DNA of 64,000 nucleotides from a bacterium (lineage in GTDB: Archaea > Thermoproteota > Bathyarchaeia > 40CM-2-53-6), in the NCBI GenBank assembly GCA_021323995.1, contig JAJPJY010000066.1, positions 10,458-74,457 of the forward strand, read 5' to 3'. Below, one piece after another: positions 48,300 to 57,231 of this stretch (its first letter is position 1; each line of letters starts with the position of its first letter). Position numbers and translations under genes: made by a program. The notes beneath the pieces are model-generated. The model was not told the DNA's origin. It did no database searches and saw only the letters and a list, made by a program, of their open reading frames with translations.

Positions 48300-48320
48300 A
48301 CTCGGTGTCTTTTCGGCACC

Positions 48321-48352
48321 GAGACCCTTCACCTTTCACCCTTCACATGTAG
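48321..48352 (+). repeat. Candidate attR (right copy of imperfect direct repeat)
   Basis: gagacccttcacctttcacccttcacatgtag. The 18-nt core ttcacccttcacatgtag matches 32492..32509 at 17/18. Confidence 0.5.
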
Positions 48353-48420
48353 TTCTGTGATACACCCCTCTGCTTCCTCTGGAGCCTGTGGAAGTGTGCT
48401 GAAACAAAGGGCTGAAATGC

Positions 48421-48447
48421 GTGTTTCCAGTGGAAACAGAGGGGTTC
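48421..48447 (+). promoter_or_regulatory. Canonical archaeal origin recognition box (ORB) with G-string
   Basis: gtgTTTCCAGTGGAAACagaGGGGttc matches the ORB dyad TCCAGTGGAAAC plus downstream G-rich element. Confidence 0.55.
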
Positions 48448-48488
48448 TAGGGCTTGTTCACTGGTAGTGAAGCCGATCTTGCCCTTGT

Positions 48489-51092
48489 CTACGAAGATGG
48501 AGGCTGGCCGCTTCCGCCAGCTGTTTGGGGGGTCTTAGGCAGGTCCGTTTGAGGCGCTATTGCCTGGGGCGGAGCTGAGAGCAATGCCTTCTCTCTTTTT
48601 CTCTGCGCACGCCGACGGAACAACCGGTAAGTCTCGATTACAGGTGTGAGAATGAGCGGGACCAGGAGGAGGTACGAGTAGGGTTGTAGGTCATTGAAAG
48701 TGGTAGTGAATTGAACCCATGGACTGCTGAGTGAGTCGAATTGCGCAGGGTTCGTGTTTATTGTGTAAGTGATCATGGTACCGTTGGGGGCTGTCCACTG
48801 GAAAGCTACTGATGACGGGGACAGTACGTATACTCCGCTGCTACCGGTCGTTACAGTGTAGCTCATAGTGAGACTGTTGCCCGGTGCCAGTATCGGGGAT
48901 TGTGCGGTCTGAGGGCCTGAAGGCGAGACGACTAGGGTCTGCAGGTACTGTGATGTTGCTTGAGGGTCCGTCGCTGCCACGTTTCTTACGGTGACATTGT
49001 CTAGGTTCTGAACAGTCACAAGTACTGCATGTGTTGTGCCGACCGGCCCTGATGTTGGAGTGATCGCCTTCTGGATTACGACATCAGGGGCGAATGGGTA
49101 GTTGAACCTGGCTACGAAATCTTGCTGAGAGCTTGAAGTTACATTGAGGTAGTAAGTTGAGGTGGCGTTGTTGTAGAACGGGTTCGGGAAAAGCGAGCTG
49201 TACAGGATTGTCCCAGGCTGAAAGCTCATGCTGATGATAGATGCGTTTGCTCCCGGGTCCCCGACAATATTGTTCTGGAATCCGAGAAGAGATTTGAGGT
49301 CAAGCTGATGGGTTCCACCCTTGTAATATTGACGCGGATACTGAATGTGCAGATAGAAACTGAGACCGGTTATTTGTATCCCGTTAATGTTGAGAGGTAC
49401 GAGGCCCAAGGCGGCAAAGTAGCTCATGTTCTGAATGTCTGCAGTGTTGATGAGGCTAGAGAAGCTCTGGCCTGGGAGTAGACTAAGCAGTCTTGTCAGA
49501 GCGTCATCGTTTGAGAGTTCTGGGTTCGGCGCGTAGATAGTTGCAGTTCCTCCCTGTCCCATCGGGAGAGAGAATATTGTAGTGAAGGGGAGGCCGAGTG
49601 CCTGGGAAAACTGAGCCTCAATGGCGCTCGACTGAGAGCTCGGGGAAATTGTGCTCCCGTTGAAGAATGTGACGAGAGCTGGTTGGGAGATAATCTGCAA
49701 AAACTGGCCTGGCCCCTGGCCTTGTCCCTGTTGTCCGTTTCCAAAAGGCTGCGAGTCGTTGTTGTTGATGATGAACGCGGCTACATTCGCACCAGCATAG
49801 TTGTTGTCGATGACCAGGCCTTGGCTTGAGAGATCGAGATTCGTCATCTCAAGAGACGCGTTCGGAGCGCCGAGCATGTTGAGGCCGATGGCGAGCTGTT
49901 GTTCGTACTTTCCCGACGGAGGGGCTTGAAAGATCAGATGCGATGTTGACGCTGATGGAATTGCAAAGAGAGGGAGAAGCATCAGTAGGACCACCGCGGT
50001 TTTCAGAGTGGGTTGGTTGAGAATCTTATGATCAGTTGTCATCGCTGGTTTTCTCCGGAGGGCTAGGAAGACATACTTGGCGGCATCAACGCCGCCTTGC
50101 CAAGCAAGGCAGGCTGCACGCCCCGAGATTGTGACTATTGCAAAGACCAGTCCAGCGTTCCGGGCCAGTGTCAGCGCGACATTCTCAAGAAAGGCCGGGC
50201 TTGTAGGTGAGGAGGCTTGAAGAAAGAGTGGAAGAAGGTCACTCGCAACTGGTCCCGTAGCCGCACTGATGAGCGAAAAACCTGCTGGAGGTAGAGGAAT
50301 TCCCGGTAAGCCGCCGGACGAGACTTTTTGGAAGATGGTTAGCGCGGCGAGCCCCATTGCTCCAAGTGCTGAGAGGAAGACTGCCAATCCTACCATGAAT
50401 CCTCGTCCAACTTTTCCTCCCGCGATGATTCCCCCCAGAAGCCCTACCGTGACCCACAACGAGAAGATTGGCGGATAGGTCAGAGGGTTGGTGAAGATCA
50501 AGTAGACCGCCACGATCAGAGTAGTGAAATGGACCCCGAGGACCGGTGAGAGCCAGTCGCTGACACTTCTCAACCCTATCGGCAATTGGGTGTAGCCGAT
50601 GTAGAGGACGAGAAGGTATGCTAATCCCCATCCGATGTAGCGGCCTAGAAAGAGTCCTTCGCTAGGATGCGGTAAAAGATAGATCGTTCGCGGATCATCG
50701 GGTCTCCGCCTGACCAGTATGGTTCCTACTTTCATGTAGAGAAGAATGTAGAGAACACCGGGCATCACTCCGGCTAGAACGAAGCCAAGGATGGCTGCTG
50801 AGAGACTAGAGCCTCGCGCCTTCTCATACTGTCTTGACGCGATCTCTTCTCTAATCCGAGATCCTTTGCCGGCGACTATAATGCACCCGATGGTCAAAAC
50901 AAGGAGTGCGATTGGGAATGGCTGATACGCTAAGAGCCCGGGGACCCAAGTTGGCAGCGTTGCGATGATTACCGTGCTGAATAGGATTCCGAGAGCCCGA
51001 GTGAACGAGCTACATATGAGTGCAACAGTGGCGGCTCTTCGGATCTCCTTGGGCGCATCTTTCAATGCTTGATATGGTACGTACTGAGCCAC
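48489..51092 (-). CDS. Large polytopic membrane protein with sequon-rich extracellular domain and C-terminal TM anchor
   Basis: About 10 N-terminal TM helices, then about 450 aa with many NxS/T sequons, then a C-terminal TM and a basic tail. No WWDYG motif, so not AglB. Confidence 0.45.
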   Translation of the reverse strand: MAQYVPYQALKDAPKEIRRAATVALICSSFTRALGILFSTVIIATLPTWVPGLLAYQPFPIALLVLTIGCIIVAGKGSRIREEIASRQYEKARGSSLSAAILGFVLAGVMPGVLYILLYMKVGTILVRRRPDDPRTIYLLPHPSEGLFLGRYIGWGLAYLLVLYIGYTQLPIGLRSVSDWLSPVLGVHFTTLIVAVYLIFTNPLTYPPIFSLWVTVGLLGGIIAGGKVGRGFMVGLAVFLSALGAMGLAALTIFQKVSSGGLPGIPLPPAGFSLISAATGPVASDLLPLFLQASSPTSPAFLENVALTLARNAGLVFAIVTISGRAACLAWQGGVDAAKYVFLALRRKPAMTTDHKILNQPTLKTAVVLLMLLPLFAIPSASTSHLIFQAPPSGKYEQQLAIGLNMLGAPNASLEMTNLDLSSQGLVIDNNYAGANVAAFIINNNDSQPFGNGQQGQGQGPGQFLQIISQPALVTFFNGSTISPSSQSSAIEAQFSQALGLPFTTIFSLPMGQGGTATIYAPNPELSNDDALTRLLSLLPGQSFSSLINTADIQNMSYFAALGLVPLNINGIQITGLSFYLHIQYPRQYYKGGTHQLDLKSLLGFQNNIVGDPGANASIISMSFQPGTILYSSLFPNPFYNNATSTYYLNVTSSSQQDFVARFNYPFAPDVVIQKAITPTSGPVGTTHAVLVTVQNLDNVTVRNVAATDPQATSQYLQTLVVSPSGPQTAQSPILAPGNSLTMSYTVTTGSSGVYVLSPSSVAFQWTAPNGTMITYTINTNPAQFDSLSSPWVQFTTTFNDLQPYSYLLLVPLILTPVIETYRLFRRRAQRKREKALLSAPPQAIAPQTDLPKTPQTAGGSGQPPSS

Positions 51093-51229
51093 GCCACGCT
51101 CCTCTCGGAAATTGCTCTTTCCGAAGAGGCGAACAAAGGGATTCTGATACCCAAGTTGCTTGATCAGTTGTTCGCGATAGGCAAGTCAAAATACGAGTAA
51201 GATGGCGGTGTTCGCTTAAGGTAGGACTA

Positions 51230-51889
51230 GTGTCATCCCAGTTCAGTCCTGGCGAATTAAGCTCGATCATAGTTGCCTGGATAGTTCTATCGTTCGGGCT
51301 CACCTACACGAATTTCATAGGACTGATCAACGGAACCGGAGGAAGTCTAGACATCGTTGTTGCCGGTTTCATCGCTACCGCCACAGGTTTCATCATTCAC
51401 GAGATGGGTCACAAATTCGTCGCCATCAAACATGGATATGTGGCTCATTTTCGTCTCTGGACGTGGGGACTATTGCTAACCATATTCACCGTTGTTGCAA
51501 CGGGCGGGAGTTTTCTCTTCGGTGCTCCCGGAGCCGTTTACATCGCCCCCGCTGCTACACTTGGATATGGCTACGGATACAGCTGGTCTAACAGAGCCAC
51601 TGACGAGGAACATGAGAACATGGTCATCTCGGCCGCCGGACCCGGGATCAACCTCGCGTTTGCCCTTGGTTTTCTCGCAACCCTGCTGGCCTTACCTTCT
51701 TCGTCGGGACTGTTGTACGACATCGCCGTCTTCGGATTCTCACTTAATGTTGGACTGGGGTCGTTCAACATGTTGCCTGTCCCACCACTCGACGGATCTA
51801 AGATTTTCAGAAAGAGCATTCCAATCGCACTTGCAATAGCTCTTCCCCTCTGGGGACTATTCCTTACTCTCGTAACCGGAATACTCTGA
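51230..51889 (+). CDS. Site-2 protease family zinc metalloprotease (peptidase M50)
   Basis: HEMGHKF (HExxH within a TM helix) and NMLPVPPLDGSKIF (LDG motif). Confidence 0.75.
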   Translation: MSSQFSPGELSSIIVAWIVLSFGLTYTNFIGLINGTGGSLDIVVAGFIATATGFIIHEMGHKFVAIKHGYVAHFRLWTWGLLLTIFTVVATGGSFLFGAPGAVYIAPAATLGYGYGYSWSNRATDEEHENMVISAAGPGINLAFALGFLATLLALPSSSGLLYDIAVFGFSLNVGLGSFNMLPVPPLDGSKIFRKSIPIALAIALPLWGLFLTLVTGIL

Positions 51890-51940
51890 AACCATATGTC
51901 TCCAGAACAAGCCTAGAACAATCGAAAGAAGGCTGACCAT

Positions 51941-52912
51941 TTGTGGACAGAAGAAGCAGGACTCGGGCTTCTCTTCATCTTAGCTTTTGCAAATGGTGCT
52001 AACGATGTGGGAAAAAGCGTTGCATCTCTACTACATATTGGACCCTCCGGTTTGGCTGGACGCAAACCACTTCTCTGGGGAGGACTGTTCAGCGGCATAG
52101 GAAGCATCGCAGCGATCATAGTCTCTACTAGACTCCTCTCAACCTTTACACCCGCGAAGATTGTAAACGTCCCGATCCAATCGTCGTTTGTCCTAGCAGT
52201 TCTTGCCGCAACCACTCTATGGGTACTAGTTGCCACTCTCGGTCGATTACCAGTCTCCACTACTCATGCAATCTTGGGAGCAATCATGATACAAGGAATC
52301 TTCCTGTTCGGAGCGTCAAGTCTAGCCTGGGACTTTGTCACCATACACGTCCTTCTCCCTCTAGCCGCAGGTCCACTAGCGGCATTGGTTGGAATCTATC
52401 TCTTTGAGCGTCTCATACCACATCCTCAAGTGGCAAAGCAAGAAAGCCCGAGGTGGGCTGGGTTGTCGCACTGGGGCTCTGCGGCTGCCACCGCGCTTGC
52501 AAGAGGGGTCAATGACGCGCCTAAGATGGCGGCATTGGGAGCTTTCTTCTTAGCCGCAAACTCGGTTGAGGGAACATGGGTCCCATATTCCACTGTCGCA
52601 GTAGCAGTTGTTGTTGGCTCAATGGTCCTAGGACATCGTGTTGCCATAACCCTCATGGGACGGGCCGTTCCTCTCGACCATGGTCAGAGGTTCAGGGCCG
52701 GAATTGCAACGGCGGCTCTGGTGTCCGCTGGAGCCTATTTCGGAGCACCTCTATCAACTACTCACATGCACGCAGGGGCTACTGCCGGAGCTAGTGGTCT
52801 CAAACAATCGATCCGATCAGCTTTACGTGGTATGATATTGCCCTGGCTTGTGACGCTACCCATAGCAGGATTGCTTGCTGTCCTGATTGCTTTTCTAGGA
52901 GCAAGACTCTGA
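51941..52912 (+). CDS. Inorganic phosphate transporter, PiT family
   Basis: Duplicated signature FANGANDVGKSVA and ARGVNDAPKMAALG. TTG start. Confidence 0.85.
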   Translation: MWTEEAGLGLLFILAFANGANDVGKSVASLLHIGPSGLAGRKPLLWGGLFSGIGSIAAIIVSTRLLSTFTPAKIVNVPIQSSFVLAVLAATTLWVLVATLGRLPVSTTHAILGAIMIQGIFLFGASSLAWDFVTIHVLLPLAAGPLAALVGIYLFERLIPHPQVAKQESPRWAGLSHWGSAAATALARGVNDAPKMAALGAFFLAANSVEGTWVPYSTVAVAVVVGSMVLGHRVAITLMGRAVPLDHGQRFRAGIATAALVSAGAYFGAPLSTTHMHAGATAGASGLKQSIRSALRGMILPWLVTLPIAGLLAVLIAFLGARL

Positions 52913-52983
52913 TTTTTACCCAGAATGGTCTAATCGATCCAACGAGCGACCTTCGAGTCCGTTCCCAAGACATGGGAAGCTGG

Positions 52984-53892
52984 TTAATGCGGTCGCTGCG
53001 ATGGTGCAGATGCTCTTCGCCTTATCATGAAATAGAGAATTGTCGAGCCTCCTGCGACGAAAGAATAGAGCCCGACCCATACGCCTGTGACAAGCGTACT
53101 TGGGCTCTCAGTGGCTATAGTGTTCCAGCCAAGAGCGACGGCGAGCAGTGCAAGCGACGGAAAGGTCGCGTCGAGAGGTAGTAGCACGATTATTCTGAAA
53201 GGGTCTCGTTGGAAAAATGCCCATCCTGTGGCCAAGCATGTCGCGAGAAATAGGGCGCCAAATGTCTGTAGTGTCGGAGTTGCAACTTTCCACGGCCAGA
53301 ACTGTTCCTGAGCTACGGAGGGCAGTAGTAGCATCATAGCGCCAAAGATCCCTACCACGCTCGTCTGGACGCCGAAGAAGACCCTACTTGGAGTCAGGAC
53401 ACTTGTTCTACCGGGATCCATCGATTGTTTTCGATGCCATCTATGTCTCATTATCAGGATGAAACAGCCGGCTCCAGCCGCTAGGAAATAGACTGTCCAT
53501 ATCCAGATTATTTCAGTACCGCCTACCGTTAGTCCTCTAGCAAGTGAGATTATTCCGGTAAGGCCGAGGAAAGTGCCTCCGACGAGTACGAGAATTTTTG
53601 CTCTCTGCCAAAGTTTCGCTTGTATGGCTGACCAGCAACCGAGCGATATTGCGAGGAATATTGCGCCGATAAATCTCACTGCCAACTCCTTTACTGGCCA
53701 AGGCCAATACGGGATTACGCTCGCGGGAGCAATGTAGAACATTAGGCCAAGTCCAAGGTTGATCATTGAAAGTAAGAGCAGAAAGGCCCGAGGCGACTGT
53801 TTGAGAGTGACCTGAGCTAAACTGGATAAACTCAAGCTACGTCTCTGGGTCCATTCATCGTTGTTGCATTCTCGGAATTCCTCATCCGGCAA
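52984..53892 (-). CDS. Polytopic membrane protein of unknown function
   Basis: About 8 hydrophobic helices. Confidence 0.4.
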   Translation of the reverse strand: MPDEEFRECNNDEWTQRRSLSLSSLAQVTLKQSPRAFLLLLSMINLGLGLMFYIAPASVIPYWPWPVKELAVRFIGAIFLAISLGCWSAIQAKLWQRAKILVLVGGTFLGLTGIISLARGLTVGGTEIIWIWTVYFLAAGAGCFILIMRHRWHRKQSMDPGRTSVLTPSRVFFGVQTSVVGIFGAMMLLLPSVAQEQFWPWKVATPTLQTFGALFLATCLATGWAFFQRDPFRIIVLLPLDATFPSLALLAVALGWNTIATESPSTLVTGVWVGLYSFVAGGSTILYFMIRRRASAPSQRPH

Positions 53893-54022
53893 CTTGAGCG
53901 CTATAGGAACCTTGTTAATTGCAGATATGTCCGGAGCCGCCTAATGATACTATGCCGGTAGTAGCTCTTATTAAGAGCGACTCTCGCGGTGCCCTGATCG
54001 CGGTCGAGCGTCTTCGGAAACA

Positions 54023-55009
54023 TTGGATGGTGGCCTCTTGATCCCGGACAAGACGATTGACGAGATCAGATTGCTATCATCAATCGCCAAATCTAACGGG
54101 TCCCTGTTATCGCTACAAGACATAGCCACACTCACAGATGTCAATCTTACAGAGGAGCAGCTTGAGGCCGGCTGGCCAACAATTCCTGGTCTAGCAGAAA
54201 CTTACGATCTGAAGCATGGATTCATGATTGAGCGAGAACATGCCAATAGTAGTAGCCATCCGACCATCCTCCAGAGGGAAATAGAGAAACGAGAGAGGGG
54301 AGAGAAGTATGCCAACTTCGCGAGGAAACTCGCTTCGTACTGTATCGGCCGAGAGACCAAGCTGATCGCCGTCAGCGGATCAACTTCCTACCACGCTGTG
54401 TCGGAGACGGACGACCTAGACCTTTTTTGCGTAACAAAACCTGAATCTCTCTGGATGTTTCTAACCAAGTCTCTGCTGTTTTCACGGGCTTTTCGACTCG
54501 CAGGAAGGGACAGGCCGAGAATATGTTTCAGCTATGCGGTCGACCAAAGCTTCGCGGAGAATGAGTTCACATCCCCAAATGATCCACTCTTCGCCAGGGA
54601 CGCTCTTGCCGCAATAGTGATTCACGGAGTAGGGTCCTACAAAGGCCTCTTGAAGAGAAGCTCTTGGATCGCAAGCTATTTTCCTCGACTCTATCAGCAG
54701 CGAACTGAGTCAGCTGATGCGGGAGATGTCTTGGAACCGCGCTCAAAGCCATCTCCGGGCCAGAAATTCCTGAACCTTCTGCTCTGTTTCCTGGTCGGCA
54801 ACTACATAACAACCAAGTCCACAATGTTGAATCGCAAATTCAGAAAACAGAGCAAATCATCCTCTTTCTTCACAGTAAGGATCGGCTCCGACCATTGCAT
54901 CTTCGAATCTGTTCGCTACTCACATCTCAAAACCATGTACAACAAACTCGATGGAAAGCCATCAGCGAAAGACGATAGCATCTCGGTTTCAGGAGCATAT
55001 GGTCACTAG
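54023..55009 (+). CDS. Hypothetical protein with minimal nucleotidyltransferase-like motif
   Basis: AVSGSTSYHAVSETDDLDLF fits GS-x10-DxD. First gene of a coupled four-gene cluster. Confidence 0.35.
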   Translation: MDGGLLIPDKTIDEIRLLSSIAKSNGSLLSLQDIATLTDVNLTEEQLEAGWPTIPGLAETYDLKHGFMIEREHANSSSHPTILQREIEKRERGEKYANFARKLASYCIGRETKLIAVSGSTSYHAVSETDDLDLFCVTKPESLWMFLTKSLLFSRAFRLAGRDRPRICFSYAVDQSFAENEFTSPNDPLFARDALAAIVIHGVGSYKGLLKRSSWIASYFPRLYQQRTESADAGDVLEPRSKPSPGQKFLNLLLCFLVGNYITTKSTMLNRKFRKQSKSSSFFTVRIGSDHCIFESVRYSHLKTMYNKLDGKPSAKDDSISVSGAYGH

Positions 55010-56244
55010 TGCTACAGCCTCGAACACTTGCAGTGACCAACTCTCAACAGACGCTCAAACTCATTACAAGCGGTCGGCTCACCGGTCTGCCTCACATAGT
55101 GGAGCTCCGTTACACCTTCATTGACGGGAGGTTCTATGCTGTTGCGGGCAATGCCAGAAGCGATTGGGCGCTCAACATTCTGAAGTCAGGCACCGGTAAG
55201 ATAAGCATCGGAGAAATCGTCTACCTGGTCACGGCTACCTCCGAGACGGGCGTTGAGAAGGAAAAGGTGTTGGAGAGCTTTCGGAGAAAATACGGACCCG
55301 CTATTGTGAATCAATGGTACCGAAACGCGCAGATGTGCATTCGGCTCGAGCCACTTGGACTACCAAGTAAAAGAGGAGCTATCAAGGGTGAGTTACAAGC
55401 TTCCACTAATTTCTCCGAATGGAGACGCAAGGGGATCGACTACTACCAGTATGTTGCAGAGGCATTCGATTCCGCTTCAGAAGAATATGACTACACAATC
55501 AGCCACAACTACATCAATTCATGGATACGAAGGCGTTCCATCAGTGAACTCATCAGTCTAACCAGACCGAGCGATGTGCTTCTGGAAATCGGTTGCGGCA
55601 CAGGCACGGAAGCAATCCAGATCTCCAAGCGGGTTGCTAGAATAGTAGCGACGGACATCTCAGAAAAGATGCTTCACGTCCTTGAGCGAAAAGTGTTCGC
55701 CAAGAAATACGGCAAGAAGATCACCGGTATTAGAGCCAGAGCCGCGGAGATATCTGCCGTTCAACCCTTTCTGCCCAACGGTAAGGTAAGGATCGCCTAT
55801 TCCTTCAACGGCGCGCTGAACTGCGAACCGGAACTCTACAAGGTCCCAGAGCAGCTCGCACAGGTCATCGACGACAAAGGCTACTTTGTCTGCTCAATAC
55901 GCAACACACTCTGCCTCCCGGAGACCATGTCCCACTCACTTGCGCTACAATTCGACAAGCTGGCGGTTCGTAGGACCCAGCCGACGATGGTCTCGGTCGG
56001 AGGAATGGACATTCCCTCATACTACTATTCGCCTGCAGCTTTCACGAGGTTCTTCCAGTCATATTTTCATGTGCGGCGGATTATCGGGCTTCCGGCTTTT
56101 CTGCCTCCAGCATATCTCAACAAGTATTATCTCAGGACCGGAGTCTTCAGACCATTTCTAGAGAAGGTAGAACTCGCTGTCGGAGGCTGGTTCCCGTTCA
56201 ACAGACTTGGCGACCAGACACTCTTCATGTTTCAGAAAGCTTGA
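55009..56244 (+). CDS. SAM-dependent methyltransferase with extra N-terminal domain
   Basis: LLEIGCGTGTEAIQISKRVARIVATDISEKML motif I and acidic loop. Start overlaps the upstream stop. Confidence 0.7.
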   Translation: MLQPRTLAVTNSQQTLKLITSGRLTGLPHIVELRYTFIDGRFYAVAGNARSDWALNILKSGTGKISIGEIVYLVTATSETGVEKEKVLESFRRKYGPAIVNQWYRNAQMCIRLEPLGLPSKRGAIKGELQASTNFSEWRRKGIDYYQYVAEAFDSASEEYDYTISHNYINSWIRRRSISELISLTRPSDVLLEIGCGTGTEAIQISKRVARIVATDISEKMLHVLERKVFAKKYGKKITGIRARAAEISAVQPFLPNGKVRIAYSFNGALNCEPELYKVPEQLAQVIDDKGYFVCSIRNTLCLPETMSHSLALQFDKLAVRRTQPTMVSVGGMDIPSYYYSPAAFTRFFQSYFHVRRIIGLPAFLPPAYLNKYYLRTGVFRPFLEKVELAVGGWFPFNRLGDQTLFMFQKA

Positions 56245-57185
56245 TCACCTTGCAAGCTCAGACAATTCTGATACAAGCCGAAACCGCGGTCTCGGTCGGG
56301 ATCTGCGCAACCTCCGAGCTAGAAAACACAACGCTACTAACGGATCTGATACTAAGCCTCGACAATTCACAGCTAAAACTTCGGGAACTAATCGTTGCAA
56401 CCCCCAACCAGAAACTTGCACGCGCGTTGATGAACCGGGACCCCCGGATTCTGGTGGAGCTTGAGACACGGCCGGGAGGGAAAGCGTCAGCTCTCAATAG
56501 GATACTAAGCCGAGCATCTGGAGACATACTCGTCCTATCCTCCGCGGACATCAAATTCGCAAGAAACGCCATTCCGAAGCTCGTCGAAGGCCTGGTGAGA
56601 CACAGCGACTGGGGCGCCGTAGACTCGAGGGTCGAACTTGTAAATGGTGACGATCGACTCATGGACAGGGTCAGCACTCTTCTCTGGGACGTTCATAACG
56701 CGACCCTGGACGAGCTCGACGGGGACGATCGTCTCGGCCACATCGCTGGAGACCTGATCGCTGTAAGACGGGACCTGATCGACACCCTTCCAGAAGTGAT
56801 CAACGACGACGCCTATGTCGCCCTCAGAGTACGGGAGAAAGGATTCCGCGTCAAGAGAGTTCACGATGCTTTTGTCTGGATAGTCGGCCCGCGAAACCCG
56901 GCTGACTATATCTCCCAGAGGAGCAGGGTGATACAAGGCCACCTGCAGCTCGTCGGATTATTCAGGAGGATACCCTCAACCTTCGAGTTCATGATCGTCC
57001 GCAAGCCCCGACAGTATCTCCACCTACTCGTGCGTATAGTTACGAAGCTTGGACCTTCCCACTTTCCGGCCCTACTCGTCGGAGGCTTTCTAGAAACTCT
57101 AAGCCTTCAACTAGCAATAGTCTCCAGTCTCATGGGCCGTAGGAATCAGCCGTGGAGGACCCCGGAAACCACCAAGCAGATCTAA
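56241..57185 (+). CDS. Glycosyltransferase family 2
   Basis: GGKASALNRILSRASGDILVLSSADIKF is GT2-like. 4-nt overlap with the methyltransferase gene. Confidence 0.65.
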   Translation: MITLQAQTILIQAETAVSVGICATSELENTTLLTDLILSLDNSQLKLRELIVATPNQKLARALMNRDPRILVELETRPGGKASALNRILSRASGDILVLSSADIKFARNAIPKLVEGLVRHSDWGAVDSRVELVNGDDRLMDRVSTLLWDVHNATLDELDGDDRLGHIAGDLIAVRRDLIDTLPEVINDDAYVALRVREKGFRVKRVHDAFVWIVGPRNPADYISQRSRVIQGHLQLVGLFRRIPSTFEFMIVRKPRQYLHLLVRIVTKLGPSHFPALLVGGFLETLSLQLAIVSSLMGRRNQPWRTPETTKQI

Positions 57186-57231
57186 ACGAGATCGGGCATA
57201 CGATGGTTGGAATATAATCCTTACAAAAGAA

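Larger units (their letters stand above)
32481..48352. mobile_element. Integrated element of about 15.9 kb (candidate provirus or satellite-like element) bounded by imperfect direct repeats
   Basis: Intact tyrosine integrase adjacent to the left repeat. About 30 mostly small genes, many Zn-ribbon proteins, a prohead-protease-like domain, a PD-(D/E)xK nuclease and a TIR-like gene. Flanking direct repeats TTCACC[G/C]TTCACATGTAG. Confidence 0.6.

Noticed and set aside
48489-51092. Oligosaccharyltransferase AglB/STT3 assignment for the 867-aa polytopic protein
   Set aside because: The topology is similar, but no WWDYG-type motif or other STT3 signature was found, so it is called a generic surface glycoprotein.
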